A stretch of 64,000 bases of DNA, from IMG/VR virus record IMGVR_UViG_3300032216_000646, positions 31,751 through 95,750 of that record, one strand, 5' to 3'. Shown here piece after piece: positions 33,739 through 42,697 of this stretch; the first letter of the stretch is position 1; every line of letters begins with the position of its first letter. The notes beneath the pieces are model-generated. The model made no database searches. It saw nothing but the letters and a program-made list of their open reading frames with translations, and had not been told where the DNA came from. This stretch comes from a virus (Duplodnaviria > Caudoviricetes). Position numbers and translations under genes: made by a program.

Positions 33739-34271
33739 TAGTGACTCCAAGCAGGCTTGAGGTACGCAAGGGCATTTGCACGTTGCACGTTGATAGTTGT
33801 TGCACTACCAGTAGTGTTGGCTTTGCCGTCGTTTACAAGATGTGGAGCAGGGATTAGACGAATGTCTGGTGCGGCTTTAGGTGTCTTCCAAACATAAACG
33901 CCATTGTCAAGTACTTGCTTGGCTTTGCCTTGACGTTTCAAACCCATTTCAGCGTTGAAATCAGGAGACCAGTAATACATAGATGGTTCAATACGCTCGC
34001 CCTTATGGACACCACGCTGGTAGGACTTCTGTCCTAAACGGTTTTTGATTGAATCAAGTAGGCGGTCATCACGACGGCTACGAATAGTGCCTAGGTATCC
34101 GTCAGGATACTCGGCTGAAGGAACTCTTCCAGTTCCAATACGAATGGCGTCAAGTTCACCACGTGCGACAGGCATTCCCTGTCCGCCCATGTTGTTATAG
34201 CCCTGCAGACCGTTGCCACCAAGTGACTGCCAGTTCTGCGACGGGCTAAAGTTATTGACAGAGCCAGTCAT
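33738..34271 (-). CDS. Hypothetical actinophage protein
   Basis: PSAEYPDGYLGTIRSRRDDRLL..SYQRGVHKGERI. Confidence 0.7.
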   Translation of the reverse strand: MTGSVNNFSPSQNWQSLGGNGLQGYNNMGGQGMPVARGELDAIRIGTGRVPSAEYPDGYLGTIRSRRDDRLLDSIKNRLGQKSYQRGVHKGERIEPSMYYWSPDFNAEMGLKRQGKAKQVLDNGVYVWKTPKAAPDIRLIPAPHLVNDGKANTTGSATTINVQRANALAYLKPAWSH

Positions 34272-34282
34272 AACCTATCCTT

Positions 34283-34486
34283 TTAGTTTGCCCCAGTTAG
34301 GGATGCGATACCGTTTTCGCCTGCTTCATACACAAGCACACAGTCATCTGGAAACTCGGTAGCAGTTTCTACTTCGAGGACTAGGTGACCTTCATGGCTA
34401 GTTGCCGAAAGGATAGTTGTATCCGTCGGTAGGTCGAGCATGAACTCAGCGCTGTTGAAATCAATACGTAGGGTTTTCTGTGCCAT
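34283..34486 (-). CDS. Hypothetical protein
   Basis: AAGGA RBS; acidic 67 aa ORF. Confidence 0.6.
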   Translation of the reverse strand: MAQKTLRIDFNSAEFMLDLPTDTTILSATSHEGHLVLEVETATEFPDDCVLVYEAGENGIASLTGAN

Positions 34487-34489
34487 TTG

Positions 34490-35305
34490 TTATTCCTTTA
34501 TCCATGATGCGTTCGGGTGTGGTTGACCTGGTGTTCCAAAAGAACGTGCGTGTTCTTCCATTGCTTTTTGCTGTGCGGCTGCTTGTTCTCCCATTCCAGT
34601 GAGCATCTCAGTGCGACGACCACCTGGGATTACAAGTTGTCTTGGTGCAGGCAAGATTAGTCTAGTCGAAGGAATCAGTGCAATCTTGTTAGGCGCAAAC
34701 TCACCCTTAGCCAAACCACCAAAGTTGTTAGTGCTGTTTTGACCACGAGTCTCTGTTGCCATAGCACCTTGTGCTTCAGGGCTAAACATGTTGTAGTGGC
34801 TACGGAAAGCAGCCTCTTCGCCAGCAGCGTTGAAGTTACGTCCAGAACCAGCGTGTCCAAACACGTCATGAACAGCACGGAACATGTCGTTTTCGTCGTC
34901 ACTAAATACTGGGTGTGAACCTGTGGTAGCGGTAGCCAAAGTGCGGATGCGACCTCCAGCAACATCGTTCATCATGGCACGAGAAGAACTGTAAGGGTCA
35001 TCTTTCACAACTTCGTGAACCATACCCATACCCCCATGCGCACGAGGCTTAGTCATAAACTCATACTGACGCTTAGTTTCTTCTGCCATGGCACGGAAAC
35101 TAGGAACAGCGGCAGGGTCGAACTCTGGGGCTGCTTGGAAATCTTTAGCAATGCCACGAGCCTGACCAATGTTGGCAAGCACGTTATTGAATGACGAAGG
35201 TCTTGGAGAATAGTTGCCCTCTTTGCGGTTGTATTCGCCTGCGCCCCATTGAACTTCAGGAACAGAGGCTTCAATACCAACATTGAACTCTGGCAATCTA
35301 GGCAT
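34490..35305 (-). CDS. HDxxGH (zincin-like) domain protein
   Basis: NDMFRAVHDVFGH..GEEAAF..H..AMATETRGQNS. Confidence 0.6.
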   Translation of the reverse strand: MPRLPEFNVGIEASVPEVQWGAGEYNRKEGNYSPRPSSFNNVLANIGQARGIAKDFQAAPEFDPAAVPSFRAMAEETKRQYEFMTKPRAHGGMGMVHEVVKDDPYSSSRAMMNDVAGGRIRTLATATTGSHPVFSDDENDMFRAVHDVFGHAGSGRNFNAAGEEAAFRSHYNMFSPEAQGAMATETRGQNSTNNFGGLAKGEFAPNKIALIPSTRLILPAPRQLVIPGGRRTEMLTGMGEQAAAQQKAMEEHARSFGTPGQPHPNASWIKE

Positions 35306-35595
35306 TAGTCTTTTCCAAACGCTCTAGGCATAGTTGGAGGTGCAGAGTCAGCAGCAAAAACATTACCTCTACCTACAGATGCGGCATTAGGAGTAGAGCC
35401 TGCGCCACGGCGAACACGCCATGAAGTGGCTTTGTCCATTGAACTTCCATAAAAAACCTGAGAAGTATCAACATCTGGGTTTTGATTACCTATAGACGCC
35501 CCTGAATCTGAACGAGGAGTTTGCGTGGTAGCAAACTGCATCGAGTGAATCGAATCAGCGGCTGGACTTGTTGAAGGTGTGCCGTAGTTGAACAT
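35305..35595 (-). CDS. Hypothetical low-complexity protein
   Basis: GAGG RBS; TAATG coupling. Confidence 0.6.
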   Translation of the reverse strand: MFNYGTPSTSPAADSIHSMQFATTQTPRSDSGASIGNQNPDVDTSQVFYGSSMDKATSWRVRRGAGSTPNAASVGRGNVFAADSAPPTMPRAFGKD

Positions 35596-35605
35596 GGCTA
35601 CCTCT

Positions 35606-36040
35606 TTATAGGTAAGACGACTGTTCGCCCATTTGGAAGTTCGGGTTCTGACGACCCGCTACCGAAGGGACGATACGAGCATTAGCCATGGTTGCGCCAG
35701 CGGCTGGGTCGATAGTTGGCGAGAACATTGCCTTCACTGTGTATGAAGCACCTTGGCGCTCGTCATACGAAATGTTGACACGGTTCTGCTTGCTACCCAT
35801 ACCAGTAGGGTCACCAGCCTGAACACTCTTCTTAGGGATTAGAGCGCCAGCAAGAACTGGGGCTGGAGTAACTGCATACGGGTCCATCGCAACACGTGCG
35901 TTGTTTGAACCGTTGGCTGCGATGTGTTCGCCTGGGGTTGGGTTGCTTCGAGCCATGCTCTTACCTGCCGTTTCTAGGGGATTTGATGGGATGCCTTTAC
36001 GACGACGCATTGCGTGTCCGACACTGTAACTAGTTGCCAC
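35606..36040 (-). CDS. Hypothetical protein
   Basis: AAGGAG RBS before GTG. Confidence 0.65.
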   Translation of the reverse strand: MATSYSVGHAMRRRKGIPSNPLETAGKSMARSNPTPGEHIAANGSNNARVAMDPYAVTPAPVLAGALIPKKSVQAGDPTGMGSKQNRVNISYDERQGASYTVKAMFSPTIDPAAGATMANARIVPSVAGRQNPNFQMGEQSSYL

Positions 36041-36076
36041 TGGGACTCCTTCGCTTATTACAAGAATAAGACTTTT

Positions 36077-36370
36077 CTAACTGGCAGAAATGGCAAACAC
36101 GATTGCCGAAATCTCGCCGTCTCTGCTTTCGATGGTTGTGAAACCTGGTTTGCAAGTAAGGTCTAAACCACGAGGGGCTACGTAGCCACGGGCGATTGCA
36201 AGAGCCTTTACTGCTTGATTTACCGCACCAGCACCAACAGCACGCAGTTTTACCTGACGGTTGTCATAGATGGCGTGGGCTATAGCGGATGCTACGGATT
36301 GTGGATTTGAGCCTGCTGATACACGAAGGAAGGGTTCTTCCGTAGATGGAGCGACGATTTCGTCTGACAT
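36077..36370 (-). CDS. spoVS: SpoVS family (Alba-like) protein
   Basis: LRVSAGSNPQSVASAIA..AVGAGAVNQAVKALAIARGYVAP. Confidence 0.9.
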   Translation of the reverse strand: MSDEIVAPSTEEPFLRVSAGSNPQSVASAIAHAIYDNRQVKLRAVGAGAVNQAVKALAIARGYVAPRGLDLTCKPGFTTIESRDGEISAIVFAISAS

Positions 36371-36427
36371 TTGTAGTCCTTATTGTCGAGTTGTGCGCCA
36401 TCCTCAACATCAAGGATTGCACAAAAT

Positions 36428-37018
36428 CTACAAGGAATCTCGGTATTTGATGTCTTTTATTTGTTCTACTATTTGAGATTCAATGGTGTCAATCGAGACC
36501 CCAGCAGCCAACCTAGCAAGGGCATACGAGTCTGCGGCATTATCGTTATTGAACTCAACACCCCAACGTTTGTAGATTTGAAGGAGCATTTCCTGCTTTT
36601 TGGCGTTGCCTTTACCAGCGGCATACTTCTTGAGGGTCATAGGCGGAATCTGTAAAGGAACTCGCAGATGCTCTTGATGGTCATAATCAGCAAAATAGTC
36701 CCAAAGGGTTAGTTTGACTAGGGCGGCTAGTTCCCCAAGGACTAGGGCAGAATGGCTGGCAAGAACCGTGCCTTCCATGGCTATGTCTTGAATAAAGTTG
36801 TCTTGATTGTTTAGGAACTCAATCTTGTCCACAATCCAACCACCAATGTCAGACAAACGTTTCACCCCTGAGTGTGGGGATTTATAGACCCATGTTTTGT
36901 AGCAGTCAGGTTTATTTACGTTTAGGGCAGTAATGGCAAACCCAGTCAATGACTGGTCAATACCAACGGCTATTGGTTTATTAGGCAGTAACCCGCCATC
37001 AAAGGTCTTTTCGGTCAC
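36428..37018 (-). CDS. RuvC-like Holliday junction resolvase
   Basis: GIDQSLTG, MEG, LKKYAAGKGNAKK, NAADSYAL; start uncertain (37018 or 37033). Confidence 0.85.
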   Translation of the reverse strand: MTEKTFDGGLLPNKPIAVGIDQSLTGFAITALNVNKPDCYKTWVYKSPHSGVKRLSDIGGWIVDKIEFLNNQDNFIQDIAMEGTVLASHSALVLGELAALVKLTLWDYFADYDHQEHLRVPLQIPPMTLKKYAAGKGNAKKQEMLLQIYKRWGVEFNNDNAADSYALARLAAGVSIDTIESQIVEQIKDIKYRDSL

Positions 37019-37142
37019 GCTTATTCTTCTCATCCGTCAGTCTGACGATGGTTGCTATAGCCCAAATCAAACCCCACGCTAATGAAGTAATGATAAAAGT
37101 GGTAAACCCTGCGGTAAAAGCGGCATCTGCTGCGTTAGTCAT
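36999..37142 (-). CDS. Small single-pass membrane protein (47 aa, not in ORF track)
   Basis: MTNAADAAFTAGFTTFIITSLAWGLIWAIATIVR..; GGAG RBS. Confidence 0.5.
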   Translation of the reverse strand: MTNAADAAFTAGFTTFIITSLAWGLIWAIATIVRLTDEKNKRDRKDL

Positions 37143-37344
37143 TGTTCTCCAAAGTTACTTTGATGATTTCTTGCTCGATTTGTTCTACGATGAGTTTTTC
37201 AGTAATCGTCTTACGGACGTTCTGACGGAGAATAGCCACGACACGGTCGTTCTCGTCCATAGTGGCAATAATCCTCGTTGCTTTTAGCATTAGGTTGACA
37301 TCAAACAGTTGGTTGGCTAACCACCAACGGAATCCACTAAGCAT
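37135..37344 (-). CDS. Hypothetical protein
   Basis: Coupled ORF. Confidence 0.55.
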   Translation of the reverse strand: MLSGFRWWLANQLFDVNLMLKATRIIATMDENDRVVAILRQNVRKTITEKLIVEQIEQEIIKVTLENND

Positions 37345-37702
37345 TCTTGCCCCACTCTCCATCGATAACCATCAAAGCGATTACTGAATAGTTGGCTAAG
37401 TCAATGAACGAATCACGTAGGCTTTCGTTCTCAGGGGTAGCACCAGTGTCAATCAAGTGGTTGATACGTGCTAACTTGTCGTGCATACGAACACGCAGAC
37501 CATTGAGCGGTCCGCCTGGACTATCGCTAATGTTTTTCGGTCCGTAGTCACGGTGTTTCTTTTCTAACAAGATTTGTGCCTCATTGAAGACTCTACCCAA
37601 AGCACGACTAAACTCCAGCCAGTCACCAAACTCTTCAAGCGCTTGCTTCTCTTCGTCCGACAGTTCCATACCTTGTGCGTGTAACTCTGACATTTTTCCC
37701 AT
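37337..37702 (-). CDS. Nucleotide-modification-associated domain 1 (DUF1599-like)
   Basis: KKHRDYGPKNI..RMHDKLARI..ESLRDSFIDLANY. Confidence 0.8.
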   Translation of the reverse strand: MGKMSELHAQGMELSDEEKQALEEFGDWLEFSRALGRVFNEAQILLEKKHRDYGPKNISDSPGGPLNGLRVRMHDKLARINHLIDTGATPENESLRDSFIDLANYSVIALMVIDGEWGKNA

Positions 37703-37704
37703 GT

Positions 37705-38166
37705 TTATACTCCATAATCCTTGCGGAATGCCCGTTGGTCGGATGCTCTTCTGGTAATCTCACGGCTAACTAAGGACAAATCTCTTTCGTGGTTAGAGAG
37801 GAGCATCTCGACCAACTTACGATAAGCGTACTTCTCTTCGTAGTTTTCCGTGAGGTCAACTATCTTTGGGTCGATAGAAATCTCTGCTTTTACCATGGTG
37901 ATTCGCTCGCCTTTTACTGCCGCACCCATACGGCGGACAAGCATGGTGTTCTCAGCAAAGTCTAAGGCTCGTTGGGCTGCACGCTCTTCAATGATGGCAA
38001 TAGCGTGCTGAGAGGCTACATAATCCGCCCAAGCAGTCAACTTAGTAAACGTTTCAGCCAACTGTTCACTAGACAGGTCAGTGATGTCAGCAGGCAAAAC
38101 CACCTGCTCCTCTGACGGTTTAGAGAATGATACTCCCCAATCTCTGAACTTATCTACAGATGTCAT
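37705..38166 (-). CDS. Helical protein, possible UvsY-like recombination mediator
   Basis: Coiled coil ending LVSREITRR; sits in the recombination module. Confidence 0.5.
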   Translation of the reverse strand: MTSVDKFRDWGVSFSKPSEEQVVLPADITDLSSEQLAETFTKLTAWADYVASQHAIAIIEERAAQRALDFAENTMLVRRMGAAVKGERITMVKAEISIDPKIVDLTENYEEKYAYRKLVEMLLSNHERDLSLVSREITRRASDQRAFRKDYGV

Positions 38167-38336
38167 TCGTGAACCTCACAATGTTCAATAGCCTCTTGCT
38201 CTGTTGAGTAGTTATCCCAACAGTTATTTGTTTGACCCGCACCAGCAAAAAAGAACCCATAAATCAAAGAACCCAACATAAGAACAACAATAGCCCCAAA
38301 GACTAAAAGTTCTTTTTTGGTTACAGCCTCATTCAT
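38163..38336 (-). CDS. Small membrane protein
   Basis: One hydrophobic helix. Confidence 0.6.
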   Translation of the reverse strand: MNEAVTKKELLVFGAIVVLMLGSLIYGFFFAGAGQTNNCWDNYSTEQEAIEHCEVHE

Positions 38337-38340
38337 TGAC

Positions 38341-39189
38341 TTACTCGTCCTTGTAAGGGTCGCATTGCTTGCAAGTGCCTCCTGCGTTGTTACTGCAACG
38401 TGGTGCAACCTTGTCTTCTACGGACTCTACAACAAACTTTGCGCCCTCGAACACGTGGCGAACCAACTCGTAGTCACGCTTGATGGTGAACTCCTTGTAA
38501 GACTGGTCAGCCTTGAGTTCATACAAGAACACAATCTCGTTTACGTCGTGACCCATGCGCTGCATAAGTTCTAGGTAAACCTGACCCTGCTTGATGTGGC
38601 TCGGAAACGGACGACGGATGTTGCTCCACGCTTTCATGAAGTCTCCGTCAGCCTCTGACATAAGACTAGGGTTTTCTGCACGGATAGTTCCTGGACCTAC
38701 GGACTTGATTTCAATCAAACAATCGTCACCAATGCCTTTTATCCAACCATCGGTGTGACCAGCAATACGTAGTTTGTCGTCTACCAAGGTAACCTCACGG
38801 TATTCCATGGTGTCTTTCTCACACTGTGGGCAAGTAACCATACCAATGTCAAAGATAGAAAATAGGCATGAAGTACAGGTAAAACGACCATACAGGACGC
38901 CCATCTCCTGAAACCAACGCTGCCACTTGGCGTGAATAGCGTGACCCTCGTCAAAGATTGACTGCAGGCGCAACCCTGGCTTGTCAGAAATCTTAGTGTG
39001 TCCGCTCAACAAGAAATACGATGCACGCTTGCACCAGTCATTCTTGATGATTTCGGATGGGTGCAGCACAACAGTGCTACGGTCGCCCACAGGACGAGCC
39101 ATGAGGTGACGCTCAATGTCACCGAGCAAACGACTTGGCTTTGCCTTAGCGTCCAAGAATCGCTTTAGTTCTGTCTTACTTACTGCCAT
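38341..39189 (-). CDS. Cas4-like PD-(D/E)xK exonuclease
   Basis: HPSE..C, GHAIH, GHTDG..IEIKS, QxxxY, C-terminal Cys cluster. Confidence 0.85.
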   Translation of the reverse strand: MAVSKTELKRFLDAKAKPSRLLGDIERHLMARPVGDRSTVVLHPSEIIKNDWCKRASYFLLSGHTKISDKPGLRLQSIFDEGHAIHAKWQRWFQEMGVLYGRFTCTSCLFSIFDIGMVTCPQCEKDTMEYREVTLVDDKLRIAGHTDGWIKGIGDDCLIEIKSVGPGTIRAENPSLMSEADGDFMKAWSNIRRPFPSHIKQGQVYLELMQRMGHDVNEIVFLYELKADQSYKEFTIKRDYELVRHVFEGAKFVVESVEDKVAPRCSNNAGGTCKQCDPYKDE

Positions 39190-39517
39190 ACAGGTTTTCC
39201 CTCTCATCTAACTGCAAGATGTATTCTTGCAGAGTCATCTGCTTTTTGTAAAGTCTTTGCCACTTACGGACAACGGCGTTACGTTCACGGTGGGATAACC
39301 CACCCCAGATTCCATGTTGCTCATCTGACTCTACAGCAAACCACAGACATTCTGTACGCACAGGACACGGTGTTTTACCAGTCTGACCAAAGCAGAACTT
39401 CTTGGCTTCATTAGCCACGTTCTTATAGGTCTCTTTGTCTCTTTGAGGATAAAACAGTTCAACATCTGCTCCGTTACATTTAGCCTCATCAAGCCAAGAC
39501 ATGTCTCTACTAGGCAT
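39176..39517 (-). CDS. whiB: WhiB family transcription factor
   Basis: AKC..FC..CPVRTECL..GIWGGLS. Confidence 0.9.
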   Translation of the reverse strand: MPSRDMSWLDEAKCNGADVELFYPQRDKETYKNVANEAKKFCFGQTGKTPCPVRTECLWFAVESDEQHGIWGGLSHRERNAVVRKWQRLYKKQMTLQEYILQLDERENLYGSK

Positions 39518-39824
39518 CTAACTTGTTTACCATTTCCATAAAGTCATGTTCAAGAAGGATGACATAGTCTTCTCCGTCTAGATGAATACCAAAGATTGGT
39601 GTACGACCATCCATAATGGCTTCGTTGGTTATCTTTTTGAGTTCAGCAGACGAAATGGTTTTGGTTTTCTTCCCTGTCCATTTGTGTTCAACGAGAAGGG
39701 TGTCGTTCCTAACATCTCCTTTTCGACTCCAGAACGCACCGCTGGCGGCTGTGGTTTGTCCGCCGATTGCTTTGGCGATTCTTTTTTCATGCTTTTGGCT
39801 CTGCTTCTGACCCTCACTCTTCAT
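39510..39824 (-). CDS. PD-(D/E)xK resolvase-like nuclease
   Basis: HEKRIAK..ASGA..KGDVR..VEHKWT. Confidence 0.75.
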   Translation of the reverse strand: MKSEGQKQSQKHEKRIAKAIGGQTTAASGAFWSRKGDVRNDTLLVEHKWTGKKTKTISSAELKKITNEAIMDGRTPIFGIHLDGEDYVILLEHDFMEMVNKLDA

Positions 39825-40068
39825 TGAGGGTAATCTTTCCCTCTTTGTAGGCTTGGATAATCTTTGGAACTAGGAAGAATAACTGCTCACGTGTGTAGCA
39901 GGTAGAGCAACCACAGAAGGGTTCTTTTGACAAAGTAACGAAGTTATCTGGTTCTTCTCCGTCAATCGCTGACTCACAGTTCCACATGTAGTCTTCATAC
40001 TTGGTTTCAAGGTCTTTAGCCCAGCCTTCATCTTCAACGTAAAATGAGGGTTTTTGTGGTTCAGTCAT
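39814..40068 (-). CDS. Hypothetical protein
   Basis: FCGCSTC motif; AGGAG RBS. Confidence 0.65.
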   Translation of the reverse strand: MTEPQKPSFYVEDEGWAKDLETKYEDYMWNCESAIDGEEPDNFVTLSKEPFCGCSTCYTREQLFFLVPKIIQAYKEGKITLNEE

Positions 40069-41119
40069 TTTCTTCTCCTACTGTTAGGGCTGACGGATGT
40101 GACGGAGCGGTCAAGACCTGCTGACGGAGGTCTTCGTATAAGTCTACATCTTCACGGACAGAACCTACAAACGCCTCCTGACCATTCCACTTGTTTTCTT
40201 TGTAATAAATCCAACCACCCTTGCGGTCGACTACTTGCTTGACGATTGCCAATGCAGCAACTTCTTTAGCGAAGTCAAAATCACCAGCCGAATAGATGCT
40301 GTGGTCTTGAAAATAAAAATCTACGTAGGCTACCTGCTGTGGTGGAGCAGTCTTGTTCTTGATGACACGAATCTTGTTACGCTGACCTACACGAACCTTG
40401 TTAGTGCCAGAACCAGTTTCAATCCATTCATCACGACGAATCTCTGAACGAGTAAAGAACGCATAGTTCTTGCCCTCACCACCTGGGGTCGTACGAGGGT
40501 CTCCGTGCATCACACCAATCTTCATACGATACTGGTTGATGATTAGCCCCAAGATAGGACGCTCGTCTTCAACTAAAGAACGTTTCATTGCCGCACCTAC
40601 GACACGAAAGAACTTGTTGGTAAGCAGAGCGCCCTTACCGACAGTAAGTTCATTCATGTCCTTTTCCATTTCTGGGGCAGGGCTTAGAGCGGGCAACGAG
40701 TCAATCACAATAGCATCTACAGCCTTAGAATCAGCAAACTCAATGACGGCTTGGTATGCCTCTTCCATAATGTTGGTTTCAATCACAATCACACGGCTAG
40801 TGTCTACCCCACACATCTCTGCGTATTCTGGTACCCACTGCTCTGCAGCAACCCACACAGTCAAATGCTCAGGGTTCAATGCTTGGTTAGCAGCGATACA
40901 CTTCAGCGCAGTAGCAGTCTTACCGTGGCTAGGTTCGCCAATCAGTTCGTTCCATTGGTTGGCAGGAAACCCGCCACCAAGGACATAATCGAAAGTTGTT
41001 GAGCCTGTGGTGATTCTCCCAAGGAGACCCTCACGGATGTCAGCCCCAATAACAACAACGTTCTCTCCGTAACGTTTGTTGATGGATGCCATAATCTTTT
41101 TTACTTCTGCGGTAATCAC
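40061..41119 (-). CDS. recA: RecA-like recombinase
   Basis: GEPSHGKT, VIDSL, INQYRMKIGVMHGDPRTTPGG, KNKTAPP. Confidence 0.92.
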   Translation of the reverse strand: MITAEVKKIMASINKRYGENVVVIGADIREGLLGRITTGSTTFDYVLGGGFPANQWNELIGEPSHGKTATALKCIAANQALNPEHLTVWVAAEQWVPEYAEMCGVDTSRVIVIETNIMEEAYQAVIEFADSKAVDAIVIDSLPALSPAPEMEKDMNELTVGKGALLTNKFFRVVGAAMKRSLVEDERPILGLIINQYRMKIGVMHGDPRTTPGGEGKNYAFFTRSEIRRDEWIETGSGTNKVRVGQRNKIRVIKNKTAPPQQVAYVDFYFQDHSIYSAGDFDFAKEVAALAIVKQVVDRKGGWIYYKENKWNGQEAFVGSVREDVDLYEDLRQQVLTAPSHPSALTVGEEND

Positions 41120-41146
41120 TGTGTTCTCCTGATAGTTGATGAGTTG

Positions 41147-41539
41147 TTAGCCGTCAATACGACCGATAATGCCTTGTGGATTCCAGTTGCTGGTTGCGTC
41201 ATTACCAATAGATTGTTTGGCTGCACCTTCTACGTGAGCGCCTGTCAGCGTTCCGTATCTGCTTCCCGACTGCGAGATAGGATACCCGCAGTCATAACAT
41301 CTTGCCGCCGCATTTTGAACTGCCATGTAGTTAGCCGACCCGCACTCAGGACACGAAGCAGTCTGTTTAGATGACTGCGCACGCTCCGACGACGGGTTCT
41401 GCGTCTGTTGAAAGGTGGGCATCACCTGCATTGGCTGTTGGCTAGGTGGCATCCTAGGCGTAGGGTCAGGTCTGTTAGATTGCTGTTGTTGGGGCTGTTG
41501 ATTGTTTAGTTTTTTAGCCCACCAATCGGCGTTACTCAT
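41147..41539 (-). CDS. Zinc-ribbon protein with Q/P-rich N-terminus
   Basis: CPECGS..CYDCGY. Confidence 0.7.
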   Translation of the reverse strand: MSNADWWAKKLNNQQPQQQQSNRPDPTPRMPPSQQPMQVMPTFQQTQNPSSERAQSSKQTASCPECGSANYMAVQNAAARCYDCGYPISQSGSRYGTLTGAHVEGAAKQSIGNDATSNWNPQGIIGRIDG

Positions 41540-41943
41540 TAGCGCTTCTTTCTTGGGACTTCTAACAATCCCATGTCAACTAGTTGTGAAATAGACCCCA
41601 TCAAAGTAGACATGGTGACCTGTTCAATCAACATTCTACTATGTTTCCAAGTTTCTTCTGAAATAGGTTCAGCGGTAATCATTGTGCGCTGTAACGCTAC
41701 CGACGCTTCAGCCATAGCGTGAGCCTGTGCGTAAATCATTGGGATGAGGTAAGAAATACGGTCAGTTCTCTTATCGCTTTCCTGCTCTTCTTTTTCTTGA
41801 ACTTCATTACTCAAAGGAGTGCATCCAAGATAGACAGCGAGTTCGTGAGCGTTTTGCAGTTGAGAGTCCAACATGAAACCCCGAAGACGTTCGGCTACTT
41901 CGTTCATGGTAATAGGTTTACTTTTTTTTCGCCAGATGCGCAT
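41539..41943 (-). CDS. Hypothetical protein
   Basis: AAGGAG RBS. Confidence 0.65.
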   Translation of the reverse strand: MRIWRKKSKPITMNEVAERLRGFMLDSQLQNAHELAVYLGCTPLSNEVQEKEEQESDKRTDRISYLIPMIYAQAHAMAEASVALQRTMITAEPISEETWKHSRMLIEQVTMSTLMGSISQLVDMGLLEVPRKKR

Positions 41944-42100
41944 CAATCTGCTCCTTACTGGCATACTCGCCCATTTCATTTAGCCAAACAAACTCTCTAG
42001 GTTTTTCACAGTCCCAGCATTCTTTAGCATCTTTAGCCACTTCATGACCACAAGCATGGCAGCCCCAATAGATTTCGTCATAAGACATCGTCATCGCCAT
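41918..42100 (-). CDS. Small zinc-ribbon protein
   Basis: CHACG..CWDC. Confidence 0.6.
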   Translation of the reverse strand: MAMTMSYDEIYWGCHACGHEVAKDAKECWDCEKPREFVWLNEMGEYASKEQIDAHLAKKK

Positions 42101-42157
42101 CCTTCAGATACCATGCAGATACTAGGATTACCAAAATAGTTCCTAAAATAAAACCTA

Positions 42158-42694
42158 TCACTTGTTCTCTCCTTTTACCTCATGCCCATACTGTTTTAAA
42201 AACTTTTTAGCCCAACTTATTTTGTCTGAAACTCTTTGACCAGCAGGTTGTTGAGTAGACCACAGTTCTAGATTTTCAAGACGGTTATCGTCTCTAAAAC
42301 CATTTTTGTGATGAACATTTTCACCAGAAAACAGTTCTCTACCCAAATGCACTTCCATCACTGCTCGATGCTCTGTAACAGCGGTGGCATACTTTGGATT
42401 AGTAGGGTCTGGATGATGCACCCACACATACCCAGTAAGGTCTACCCGCCTATAAGAAGGGTTATACACTCTTTCTTTAGGAGTTGGACTCCCTAGTGGG
42501 TCACCAAACTTTCTAAACTTTTTTCGATGCTCTTTGCAGTAGGTGTCGTCTACTAACCATGTAGGAACAGTACCATCGCAGTCTTCTACCGTGCAAGCAG
42601 TTCTTACCCTAGGAACATACACTTGGCTCGGAGGAGTAGAGTATCCAGTGTTCAAATAAACACCGACAACTTCTACCTCTTCTAAAAGACTCAT
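42158..42694 (-). CDS. HNH homing endonuclease-like protein
   Basis: [24 protein letters not shown]. Confidence 0.85.
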   Translation of the reverse strand: MSLLEEVEVVGVYLNTGYSTPPSQVYVPRVRTACTVEDCDGTVPTWLVDDTYCKEHRKKFRKFGDPLGSPTPKERVYNPSYRRVDLTGYVWVHHPDPTNPKYATAVTEHRAVMEVHLGRELFSGENVHHKNGFRDDNRLENLELWSTQQPAGQRVSDKISWAKKFLKQYGHEVKGENK

Positions 42695-42697
42695 TTT

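Noticed and set aside
38341-39189. Cas4-like gene as a sign of CRISPR-Cas
   Set aside because: No array or other cas genes; it sits in the RecA/resolvase recombination module, typical of phage exonucleases
40470-40988. Long antisense ORFs (also 43934..44419 and 29268..29756)
   Set aside because: Shadows of well-supported opposite-strand genes
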